This document shows, piece by piece, positions 10,088-20,722 of a stretch of 35,402 nucleotides of DNA. The DNA comes from Octopus bimaculoides (taxonomy: Eukaryota): the NCBI RefSeq assembly GCF_001194135.2, contig NC_068989.1, positions 18,646,031 to 18,681,432 on the forward strand, written 5' to 3'. How positions within the stretch are numbered: position 1 is the first letter of the stretch; each line of letters begins with the position of its first letter. Below the pieces are notes generated by a model. That model was not told the origin of the DNA. It was given only the letters and a program-made list of their open reading frames with translations, and searched no databases. The position numbers and the translations under genes were made by a program.

Positions 10088-10500
10088 TTCATCATCATCA
10101 TCATCATCATCATCATCGTTTAACGTCCGCTTTCCATGCTAGCATGGGTTGGACGATTTGACTGAGGACTGGTGAAACCGGATGGCAACACCAGGCTCCA
10201 GTCTGATTTGGCAGAGTTTCTACAGCTGGATGCCCTTCCTAACGCCAACCACTCAGAGAGTATAGTGCTGGCAGCTCACCATGCTTATAATAATAATAAT
10301 AATTATTATTATTATTATTTCTTTATTGCCCACAAGTGGCTAAACATAGAGGGGACAAACAAGGACCACGCTCAAAAGGTGTTTTTTATGTGCCACCTGC
10401 ACGGGAGCCAGTCCAGCAGCACTGGCAACGACCTCGCTCAAATGATTTTCTAACGTGCCACCAGCACAAGTGCTAGAAGGCAACGCTGGTAACGATACCA
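10088..10500 (-). mobile_element. SINE family B copy with a nested family-A tail fragment (about 10265-10368)
   Basis: First 160 bp nearly identical to 16700-16860. Interrupted by (TAA/TAT)n-TTTCTTTATTGCCCAC..GGACAAACAAGGAC, which also occurs at 15722-15780. Confidence 0.85.
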
Positions 10501-11005
10501 GTATTATGCTGGGAGTTAACTGAGATGACTGCAGCGCTGTTTCTTACAATAATAGGCTCACAAAAAATAGTTCTAAAAAATTTTTTTATCCTCGTTACTT
10601 TTATTTATAAGGAAATAGGGTTTGCATTCATAAAATTCATCTGTCTTTGTTAAGGTAATCAACTTATTTTAAAAGTCTGAAACCATCTTAATTCTATTAA
10701 ACATTGCAATTTGTTGCTCATCCCAACCACATACGAAACATTGGATAATAGCTATATTTCCTTATAACAGTAGTTTTCATTTTACACAACAATGTTTGTC
10801 GGGACTTATCTCCCTTGGAATATGGAAATTACTGCGCTTGAGTTCAGAAAATTGGAATAACAAATTTAACTCCTTTCTCAACAGAGAGAGGGAGAGAGCG
10901 GGGGGGGGGGCACTGCAAGTGGTGAAGTGTCATAGTAAACACATGGCAAATTGAGTCTGTGATGCACATTTAATTCAATTCAGTCATATCAGTTAACTTA
11001 CTCCC

Positions 11006-11285
11006 NNNNNNNNNNNNNNNNNNNNNNNNNNNNNNNNNNNNNNNNNNNNNNNNNNNNNNNNNNNNNNNNNNNNNNNNNNNNNNNNNNNNNNNNNNNNNNN
11101 NNNNNNNNNNNNNNNNNNNNNNNNNNNNNNNNNNNNNNNNNNNNNNNNNNNNNNNNNNNNNNNNNNNNNNNNNNNNNNNNNNNNNNNNNNNNNNNNNNNN
11201 NNNNNNNNNNNNNNNNNNNNNNNNNNNNNNNNNNNNNNNNNNNNNNNNNNNNNNNNNNNNNNNNNNNNNNNNNNNNNNNNNNNNN
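11006..11285. other. Assembly gap (N run)
   Basis: Run of N abutting (AT)n. Confidence 1.
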
Positions 11286-11547
11286 ATATATATATATATA
11301 TATATATATACACTGAGCTTTAACATAGACACAAGGTAACCACAACTTCTATAGAGATGAAATTGTCAACTCAACCCTAATTTTTGACCAGTACTTACTT
11401 TATACGATAAGAAGGATGACGGGTAAACCGACATTGACAGAAGTTCAACTAAGAACACAAAGGGACGCAACTCAATAACTCATTGCATTTTATTTGTTGC
11501 TGTGACAATTATACCTATCCACCAAACCATATATATTACGATATTAC

Positions 11548-11653
11548 CTGGGAGGTATCGTCCAGCTTGTCTCATGGCCCATACAGGAACATATTCAGTT
11601 TTCTCACCCCAGGCAGCTCGTATTATAACATCGTTCTTCAGTTCTGGAAAGTT
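11548..11653 (-). CDS. UROD: Uroporphyrinogen decarboxylase, exon 2
   Basis: 106 nt; ttttattctatccag acceptor (phase 0) and GTAATA donor (phase 1). Encodes [35 protein letters not shown], containing the UROD signature PVW.MRQAGR. Confidence 0.97.
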
Positions 11654-11689
11654 CTGGATAGAATAAAACAATATAAAAACATTTCATTA

Positions 11690-12075
11690 TCATCATCATC
11701 ATCAACGTCTGTTTTCCATGTTGGCATGGATTGGACGGTTTGACAGGAGCTGACCAGTTGAAGAGCTACCCAGGCTCCATGTTTGTTTTGGCATGGTTTC
11801 TACTGCTGATGCTCTTTCTAATGCTAACCACTTTACAGAGTGTACTGGGTGCATTTTTGTGGCACATGCATGAGCACTTTTACATGGCACCAGCACAGGT
11901 GCTTTTCACATAGCATTAGCACCTACGAGCCCATAGCTTAAGAGGGATGTCTGAAATATGAGAAAATGCCTGTATACAAGGACAATCATGATTTGACTTC
12001 GCTTGATATGTCTTCTCAAGTTCAACAAACCACTAGAACCCTCGGTCCTTTGTCGTCCCCTCTGTGAGGCCCAAA
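11690..12075 (-). mobile_element. SINE family B / RTE-related repeat, degenerate
   Basis: (CAT)n-CAACGTCTGTTTTCCATGTTGGCATGG matches the family B tail; internal family motifs continue upstream. Confidence 0.7.
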
Positions 12076-12201
12076 ATCAGAAGGACAACAAATTAACAGC
12101 CTGCTGGGTGTTAACAACTGTGTAGAAAACGAATATGACAAAAAAAAAAAAATCCAATTTCTCCATCATAACTTTCAGGAAAATGGATATATATATATAT
12201 A

Positions 12202-12376
12202 NNNNNNNNNNNNNNNNNNNNNNNNNNNNNNNNNNNNNNNNNNNNNNNNNNNNNNNNNNNNNNNNNNNNNNNNNNNNNNNNNNNNNNNNNNNNNNNNNNN
12301 NNNNNNNNNNNNNNNNNNNNNNNNNNNNNNNNNNNNNNNNNNNNNNNNNNNNNNNNNNNNNNNNNNNNNNNNNNNN
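12202..12376. other. Assembly gap (N run)
   Basis: Run of N. Confidence 1.
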
Positions 12377-12465
12377 CACTCCTGCGCCTATATTCATACA
12401 AACTACAAATCCTCACACTCTAGAACACAGACTACATTAATACAATACACACACACACACACATA

Positions 12466-12632
12466 TACGATGGGCTTCTTTCAGTTTCCGTCTACCAAAT
12501 CCACTCACAAGGCTTTGGTCAGCCCGAGGCTATAGTAGAAGACACTTGCCCAAGATGCCACGCAGTGGGACTGAACCCAGAGGCATGTGGTTGGTAAGCA
12601 AGCTGCTTACCACACAGCCACTCCTGCGCCTA
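12466..12632 (-). mobile_element. tRNA-derived SINE family D
   Basis: Minus-strand head AGGCGCAGGAGTGGCTGTGTGGTAAG...GGGTTCAGTCCC; homologous to 23752-23897. Confidence 0.85.
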
Positions 12633-13200
12633 TATTCATACAAACTACAAATCCTCACACTCTAGAACACAGACTACATTAATACAATACACACACACAC
12701 ACACATACAAAACTTGTATATGGGAACCTCTAGGCAACCTGCTAGAAATAGCAACCATATCTCACTTCTTGGGAAGAATGAAATAGTTATGGTATGCTCA
12801 TGGTTGGAATGTCTGTGATCATAGGTCTTCTTGATCTAGTCTGACCTGAAACTTAACTTAACTACGACCATTACAACAACAAAACCTTATTTCATGTAAT
12901 GTCTGTAGGTGTGGCAAATTGTCAAGTCATTCCATCTCTCTGGTATGTTGAAATATAGTAATTAGTGGTAGAATAAGAGACACACATACAGACAACTAAA
13001 CATATTCCAGACATTTTTAATTGCTTTTAACATGGGTAATCAGCGTCGGTTAGTCCAGCTGTTTTGTATGCATTTTTTAAAAGTGTTTTATACATGAATA
13101 CTTGCCCTAGAAGATCAGTCAACTATGACATGAATATGGTATATTATTATCATTATTATTATTATTATTATTATTATTGGTTTTCATTGGTCCTTTTGAC

Positions 13201-13805
13201 TAAAGGTGGGGAGCTGGCAGAGTTGTTAGCTGTTAGCACGCTGGACAAAATGCTTAGCAGTATTTTACCCGTTGCTATGTTCTGAGTTCAAATCCGGCCA
13301 AGGTCGATTTTGCCTTTCTTCCTTTCAAGGTCAATAAATTAAGTACCAGTTGCATACTGGGTTTGATCTATTTGACTTGCCCCCTCCCTGCAAAAATTTC
13401 AGGCCTTGTGCCTATAACAGAAAGGATTATCATTATTAATGACATTTCTTCCAATTCTTTATGTGCCAAGCTCAAATCCTACCAAAATAACTTTGCCTTT
13501 CATGGTCAATGAATTAAGCATCATTTGGATACTAGGGTCAGTGTAATTTACTAGCCCCTACCACAAATTTCAGCTTGTGCCTGTCCCCCTCCTCTAAGTC
13601 CCGGTGGCTAATAAAAGAAATTATTATTATTATTATTATTATTATTAGTGGCATTTTTTCCAGCTCTTTGTGTGCCATGCTCAAATCCTGCCAAGGTCAA
13701 CTTCACCTTTCAGCTTTTCAGGGTCAATAAAATAAGGTACCAGTAATCAATTAAGCCTCTCCCTCTAAAATTGCTGGCCTTGTGCCAAAGTTTAAAACAA
13801 CTATC
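13201..13805 (+). mobile_element. Three tandem SINE family A copies (about 13201-13436, 13455-13620, 13655-13805)
   Basis: Three successive family cores separated by (TAT)n tails; the first retains the AAGGTGGGGAGCTGGCAGAG head. Confidence 0.85.
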
Positions 13806-13842
13806 ATAAAATAAAATCATCACTATCATCATCGTCATTATT

Positions 13843-14200
13843 ATCTCTGTCTTAGCGAAGGCGGAGGTATTGTTTTCAGTTGTGTTTGTTTGTTTGTCCG
13901 TGGACAAGATATCTCAAGAACCGCTGGATGGATTCGGATGAAACTTTCAGGGCTGTTTGGCCTCATGACTGGCACGAACTGATTAGATTTTGAGATGAAT
14001 CCAGTACTGGACAAGGATTTTGGATTATTTTTCCTGTTTTTTTACTTAATTTCTGAGAGTGGTCGGGCTCATTTTTAGTATTCTCATTTGTAAGAGCAGT
14101 CGAGTTCATTGCAGATATTCTCATTTTAAAAATCATCTCCAGCTAATCATTGAGAGGATGTTGGTTTTGCCTTGGCAGAGGTTTGCACTCTCTGAGTGCT
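13843..14200 (+). mobile_element. Non-autonomous Helentron-type element (HINE/DINE-1-like), copy 1
   Basis: 5' CTTAGCGAAGGCGGAGGT, internal (GTTT)n, 3' subterminal CCTTGGCAGAGGT and terminal hairpin GCACTC-TCT-GAGTGC; homologous to 21997-22366. Class assignment is from architecture only. Confidence 0.65.
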
Positions 14201-14848
14201 CTTATTATTATTATTATTATTATTATTATCATTATTACTTTAAAATCATGGAGTGAAGGAAAGTGCATTAAACTATACTTAGATTCATAATTCTATATTC
14301 TGAAATAGAATCAAACTCTCATGGTCAATTTAACCTTTCATTCCACTTGAACAATTAGATTAAGTACCAGTGGTTTACTGAGAAGAAAGAACAAATTTGA
14401 AGAAAAGGTATAAAAAAGGTATAATGGCCTAAACATAAATACACGCCTTTTGATTTATGTAAGTGAATATCATTATAATACAGACTTACATTTATTTATT
14501 TTTGATTAAACTTATCTTATCATTAATTAATTTATTCTGGTCATATACGTTTTTTCCTTCTAATTACAGTCATTTTTGAAATTTTGATTTTTGATTTACG
14601 GTTTGCTTCAATCTCACATAATATGATTTTAAACCTATCATCATCGATTAGAAAAAAACTTTAGTCGAAAGAACCAATGAAAAGAAACTAATTTCAAATG
14701 TGTATCTGTCAATGTAAACTGTATATTTTATACACACAAACTTTATTTTGTTCTATTCTCAATCTAAACTGTCTGATGAACAGAAACATGAAACTCTGAG
14801 TAGCAGTTTTTTGTGATATTTTTGCAGCTTTAAAAATAATAAATTGTA

Positions 14849-15056
14849 NNNNNNNNNNNNNNNNNNNNNNNNNNNNNNNNNNNNNNNNNNNNNNNNNNNN
14901 NNNNNNNNNNNNNNNNNNNNNNNNNNNNNNNNNNNNNNNNNNNNNNNNNNNNNNNNNNNNNNNNNNNNNNNNNNNNNNNNNNNNNNNNNNNNNNNNNNNN
15001 NNNNNNNNNNNNNNNNNNNNNNNNNNNNNNNNNNNNNNNNNNNNNNNNNNNNNNNN
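14849..15056. other. Assembly gap (N run)
   Basis: Run of N abutting (AT)n. Confidence 1.
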
Positions 15057-15098
<42 letters not shown>

Positions 15099-15574
15099 TC
15101 ACACACACACTTAAGATTGCACATGTGCATATGTATATGTAGATATGAACACATTTGCTTATAAGTAGATGTGTATATGTGTATTTGTACATGTATAAAA
15201 GATTCAAATCTTTGTGGTACATATAGGTCAATAGAATGAGTAGAGAAATATTTGGCACAATTCAACATGGAATTAATACTGCTTACATTTGGTTTATTCT
15301 AATCAATTTCTCTGATCTATTGCAAAAATACTTAAAAGTAATTAAGCTATATAATTAATAATATACTTTCCCCTCTATGGTGTAATTGAATTATATTAAT
15401 TATATTAATTATTGCTCAAGTTATTTGAAGTAATAAATTCTTGAAGAAACTATGGAAATATAATTATTATTAATATTACTATTATGCTTTGGCTTTGCAT
15501 TTATACAATTACACCTAAGCCTCAACTAGAAACATCAACACTATAAGGTGAGGTGCCATACAATCATTTCATCC

Positions 15575-16195
15575 ATCATTACGTTCTGAGTTCATATTCT
15601 GCCAAGGTTGACTTTGCCTTTCATCCTTTTGGGGCATACCAGTTGATTAGTGATGTTGATGTAATTGACTTACCCACTACCCTGAAAATGCTGGCCTTGT
15701 GCCAAAATTAGCAACCACTATTATTTATTTCTTTATTACCCACAGGGGGCTAAACATAGAGGAGACAAACAAGGACAGACAAAGGGATTAAGCCAATTAC
15801 ATTGACCCAGTGCATAACTGGTACCTATTTAATCGACCCCGAAAGGATGAAAGGTAAAGTCGACCTCGGCGGAGTTTGAACTCAGGATGTAATGGCAGAC
15901 GAAATACCGCTAAGCTTTTCACCCGGCATGCTAACGTTTCTGCCAGTTTGCTGCATTATTATTAATAGCAGCCACTATTATTATTATTAAGGAAGCAAAC
16001 TGGCAAAATGCTTAGCATACAGGACAAAACGCTTAGCAGTATTTTGTCTGTCTTTACATTCTGAGTTCAACATTGCCTTTCATCCTTTCAGGGCTGTTAA
16101 AACAAGTACCAGTCAAGTACTGGGGTCGAGGTAATTGTCCAGTCCCCTCCCCACAAATTTCAGGCCTTGTACCTATAGTAGAAAGGATTTTATCA
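15575..16195. mobile_element. Cluster of three SINE family A copies in +/-/+ orientation (about 15575-15720, 15722-15952, 15990-16195)
   Basis: The family core reads forward, reverse, then forward. Confidence 0.85.
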
Positions 16196-16227
16196 TCAAC
16201 ATCATCATTATTATTATTATCATCATT

Positions 16228-18917
16228 ATTTTTGGAACTAACAGCCATTACTGTCCCTCTATTCCACTGAGATGTGCAGCATGCCTTTGGGGACTTGACC
16301 CAAACTTTACTTCTTACATGCATGAAGGCAGGCTCTCTCTTGCACAGAGTACTGTGATGCTGTACACAGGTGTTGCCATTCATACCTAAACATTGTTCTG
16401 TGTGACATTGACTCCTTGGCCTGTCCTGATCAGGGCGACATATTGAACCAAAATACTGCCTCTCGTGCTGAGATACTTCCTCTCCCTGCCATGGCCTTGA
16501 TTGTGCAAGGGCATCTTTCTGTGATCCCCTTTCCACTCAGCCTGTATGCCATACTGAAGAAGTGCTGCACATTCCACTTATCAAACATCTCTTCCAGTAT
16601 CTCTGAATGAAATGCAGTGCTGTTGTCCATCAGCAATTCGTCCACAGGGCCCTTTTCCAGGAATATCTCGTTCAGGATATGAGCAACCTCATCCAAAGTC
16701 ATCATCATCATCATCGTTTAACGTCCACTTTCCATGCTAGCATGGGTTGGACGATTTGACTGAGGACTGGTGAAACCGGATGGCAACACCAGGCTCCAAT
16801 CTGATTTGGCAGAGTTTCTACAGCTGGATGCCCTTCCTAACGCCAACCACTCAGAGAGTGTAGTGGGTGCTTTTACGTGTCACCCGCACGAAGGCCAGTC
16901 AGGCGGTACTGGCAATGGCCACACTCAAAATGGTGTATTTTACGTGCCACCTGCACAGGAGCCAGTCCAGCGGCACTAGCAACGATCTCGCTCGAAAATC
17001 CTTACACATGTCATGGGCACAAGTGCCAGAAAGGCGACGCTGGGCACAGGTGCTATCCCGATTTCGCTTTCGCTTGCCCCAATAAGTCTTCGCAAGCTGA
17101 TGCCCATCTTAATTTCCCTCCATATCACCATCCGACCAGGTCCAGTCAACCATCAAGAGATATGTTCTCCTGCTGGTAATGTGTCACATCCACTGTCAAT
17201 CATCTCCAATTGTGCTCTACTGAGATGTTTCCCATCTCGTGCACACTCCAAGCAGGGTCAATGAATTAACACCTGTCACAGCTCCCAATCACTTTTTGAA
17301 TGCTCTGCTTAGTAACGTGGGAGTCAACCTTTCTGGCAAGATATAGGGTTTTATCCACACCCATATGATGCATGGTATGCAGACTCCTTAGTTCTGACTC
17401 ACCTAGCTGATACACTGCAGCTATTCCCCACATTGAATCATCTAGCACTGCCAACCAGGCCTTTTTCACCCTGGTTAGAATGTCCTGCCTTATTCTTTTT
17501 TGAGGGCACAAAGACCATGCTCAGTTTCAAACCAAATTCAATGACACCTCCTAGACGGTTGATCCCATCCATGCCCAACACCACATCAGTTCCATCTGTC
17601 ACATGGTTGATCACAATTACCTTAGTGTTGTGTCCCGCACCGCCGTCTCCATTACTACCCTTGCATCCAATTTCACTGCTGTCGACCGCCCTAACACTAC
17701 TCGTCCCCTTTCACTTTTATGTCATCCTTGGGGTCATGAGAGACGTTGTACAGTCCATATCCATGAGGGCTTTGAACTCCTTTCCTCCAACCAGGACTTC
17801 CACTATAGACAGCAACTGAATGAGAGTCTCTACTTTCTCAGGGCGGAAGTTTGAGCGGCAGCAACTTCCCCGTGGCCTTTTCCCTGGCTGCAGTTTCGAG
17901 TGATATGCTCTGTCTGCTTGCACCAGTAGCAAATGGGTTTGGACTTCATCTCTACGCAATCCCTTCTTACATGCAGTTCCTAGCACTTGAAACACCGGCC
18001 CATAAACGGTTGCTGCCGCTCCACGGCAGTTTTTCTCTCCTCATTTTTCACCGATCATTGCATGATGCCATGGGCTTCCACAGCTGCCATTGCCACTGCA
18101 TTCCGCCCAGTGTTTTGCGTCAACAGACAGGCTTGAGAGACGAGTTCGCTCATCGCCATCTTCTCACTGTTCGGCAGTAGTTGCAGCTGCACCAATATGT
18201 CGCCAGGAAAACCATTTACGAAAGCCAACCGTATCGCCTTTTCTAGTCCTTCTCCATTAAGACCAGATAGCACGGCTAGTCTCCGAATTTCTTCAGCATA
18301 CATGTCCACCTGACCTTTCCTAGCTTGGCAAATGCAAAGTATGATCCGTCTGTAAAGGCTTCCTTTAAGCGCTGCTCAATCTTCTCCGCATCCAGTTGGT
18401 CTGTTTCATCCATTGCGAGGTACAGCGCCAATGCGTTTCCCTCCAGATACAGACCCATGAGATTTGCTACAGCTTCAATGCTTTGCACGCTGGCCACCTC
18501 TTTGATCTTCTGAATCCAGGCGATAACATCTCCTTCGCCACAGAAAGGTCTGATGGCCTCGCTAGTGGTCCTTATTTTTGCTGACATCATGGAAGAGGAC
18601 AACAACAAAAAATATAAATACGAGTGCCGAAATAGCTAGTAATACGAAGAACAAAGTGTGATTCACCTCCCTCTCCGGTTCCCTTTCGATGTCGACTGTC
18701 CAACTGAGTTAAATCCGAGATGCGCCCTACCCGTCTAACCTATCGCTAAAACCTACGTCTACACGCTTCCGTTCGCTACCAGTGCTCGAAGGGAAAGAGG
18801 CCCACGCTAGTCCTACTTCCGCTCACTCCTCCTCTTCCGGTAGGGCCCCACAGCCTTTGACGTCACTGACCCTTTCCTCCCGGTTCACCTCATCTCCACA
18901 GCGTATCAAAGACTACA
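16228..18917 (-). mobile_element. Degenerate Ty3/Gypsy LTR retrotransposon (gag, two Zn knuckles, protease, end of RNaseH, integrase) in UROD intron 1
   Basis: Gag from ATG 18590 (IRPFCGEGDVIAWIQK..LYLEGNALALY); knuckles CFKC*ELHVRRDC and CYWCKQTEHITRNC (about 17890-17995); protease ALMDMDCTT...DVVLGMDGINRLGG; integrase HHMGVDKT..CDRC, LTVDVTHY, LMDNSTAF..GITER, and C-terminal KVWVKSPK. Many stops and frameshifts; no 3' LTR found. Confidence 0.9.
16700..17097 (-). mobile_element. SINE family B inserted into the Gypsy integrase core
   Basis: Separates ..WREIKMG (above 17097) from TLDEVAHILNEIFLEKG (below 16700). Confidence 0.9.
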
Positions 18918-19303
18918 TTAGAGTACCCTTTCTGTTTTTAAAGCAGTAAGGTATGATTTGAGGTGGGTTCGGTTGATATCTCGAGCAAGTTGAGCGGCCA
19001 CACGTGTGAATATAAGAAACAGGTTTATGACCTTCGAGGCACTGACACGCTTCTAAGTTAACACTCGTTGTAGTAAACAGAGACAAGAACTTACATAACA
19101 TTTTGTATAACCTCCAATTAGCGAAAGAGCCTATACACTGTCGTTCGACCTGCAAGAAATAGCAGGCAAATCTCCCACAAATAGCACTCTGGAGAAGAAC
19201 TTATTAATTAAGATATAAGTTCATATGCTTCATTAGAGTTGACCAGGTTCTAGAAAAGAGATATGTACATTTCAGAAACATTAATGTGCGTGTGTGTGTG
19301 TGT

Positions 19304-19420
19304 GTAAGGCGGTAAGCTGGCAGAATCGTTAGCACGCCGGGTGAAATGCTCAACGGTATTTCGTCTGTCTTTGTTCAAATTCGACTTTGCCTTTCATCCT
19401 TTCGGGGTCGATAAATTAAG
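19304..19420 (+). mobile_element. SINE family A, partial
   Basis: AAGGCGGTAAGCTGGCAGAATCGTTAGCACGCCGGG head plus core. Confidence 0.85.
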
Positions 19421-19452
19421 AGAAAAGATTATTGTGTGTGTAATTTATGTAA

Positions 19453-19603
19453 GCTGGGTGGAGGAGTTTGTCTGCCCCTCGCAAAGATAAGGACACAGGA
19501 AATGTGTGAAGGCCTAATAGGAAGCGGTCCAGCTTCCTAGGGCTAAATAGCAGTTGTATATTCCCTAATTGGGACTGCCACGTTAAGTTGGCAGTATACA
19601 ACT

Positions 19604-19609
<6 letters not shown>
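19453..19609 (+). repeat. Unclassified hairpin-rich dispersed repeat, copy 1
   Basis: Homologous to 21715-21870 (shared CCCCTCGCAAA.ATAAGGACACAGGAAATGTGT, GGAAGCGGTCCAGCTTC, GGGCTAAATAGCAG, GTATACAACT). Confidence 0.85.
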
Positions 19610-19664
<55 letters not shown>

Positions 19665-20114
19665 ATGCATAAACGTTTATATGCATGTATGAATATAAGC
19701 AAACCACATTATTTGGTAAATGCCTCACCGAATACACCTGACACCAGTTAAGTAATATGAAAACAGAGGAAGGTAAAGAAGAATTGAGAATGGAATATAA
19801 ACTAGAGAATTGTTGTTCAGCTTAAAGTTAACTCTCATTGATCAGAGGTATTTCAGCCATGACCATCTCTTTTTATCCACCGGGTCCTTTTCTTTCCCAA
19901 GAGAATAGGGTGTGGTTTGTGAGGGAGGCTTGGCAGCTCTTTCTAGCAGATCAAGCAATTACCCAGAATCCTCTCATCTTCGTGTATCGTTGAAGGTATT
20001 CCAGTAGGATGATACGATTCCCTAAACACACACACACATATATATATATATATACATAACATGCACGATCAACAACGACAATAATAATTAAAAGAAAAGA
20101 AACTTCTCACTCAC

Positions 20115-20132
20115 ATCACAAGTGTAAGACAT
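20115..20132 (-). CDS. UROD: Uroporphyrinogen decarboxylase, exon 1 (MSYTCD)
   Basis: ATGTCTTACACTTGTGAT followed by a GTGAGT donor; phase 0 matches the exon 2 acceptor. It lies in a CpG-containing promoter-like region and gives a 365-aa protein. The sequence is short and non-conserved, so the call rests on splice signal and phase; an in-frame ATG also exists at 20183. Confidence 0.75.
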
Positions 20133-20567
20133 GCCGGCTGCTTTTAAGTTGCTCCGTAACGACGGTGTCAAGTAAATAGACATTCCTACTGCTAAATATA
20201 TCCGGATCTTCGGTTCGGGCAATGAAATTCCTCGAAAACAAGTAGCGATTTCAAATTAACCCATCAAAATATTTATTTATAGCACTGTATCCCTGCTGCA
20301 TTAGTAGTAGAAGTAGCAGTAATTGTTGTCATGTTGTTTCTGGTGGTGGTGGTTGTTATAGTTGTAGTAATAGTAGTAGCAGCAGAGGAGGGGTGGTGGC
20401 TGTGGTGGTGAGGGGTAATGGGTAATATGAAATTGATTTCAGATCACCAGGAGGTAAGTTGAAAATAGCAGTATATTCACCAAGTAAACAATTTTATTGA
20501 CAGCCAGATAAATCTGAAATCCCAGGAAACTAATGATAGTTTCCGTCACCAAAAACATATCCATGAG

Positions 20568-20722
20568 CAGTGGTGTAGCTAGTATGTGTGCCGCCTGGGG
20601 GCAGCCCTTGAGTTTTACCCCACCCCGGGTGCCCAAGCCTATACAACTTTATATGGTAGGTCCAAAAGTGCCTCCTGGGGTGGGCCGTCTTCAGGCTCCA
20701 CCCTCCCCTAGCTATGTTACCA
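20568..20722. mobile_element. hAT-like MITE relic
   Basis: GC-rich 155 bp bounded by CAGTGGTGTAGCTAG and CTAGCTATGTTACCA (imperfect TIRs). The putative 8-bp TSD matches only 4/8. Confidence 0.45.

Noticed and set aside
10172-10453. ORFs 10172-10453 and 16770-16979 sharing an identical N-terminus (MKPDGNTRLQSDL...) suggesting a duplicated small gene
   Set aside because: Both lie on the antisense strand of SINE family B copies; the identity reflects the repeat.
18775-18917. 5' LTR (TGTAGT at 18917) and PBS (TGGTAGC at 18775-18781) of the Gypsy element
   Set aside because: Plausible but unverifiable: the element is truncated in the integrase C-terminus so there is no 3' LTR to compare, and the PBS match is only 7 nt.
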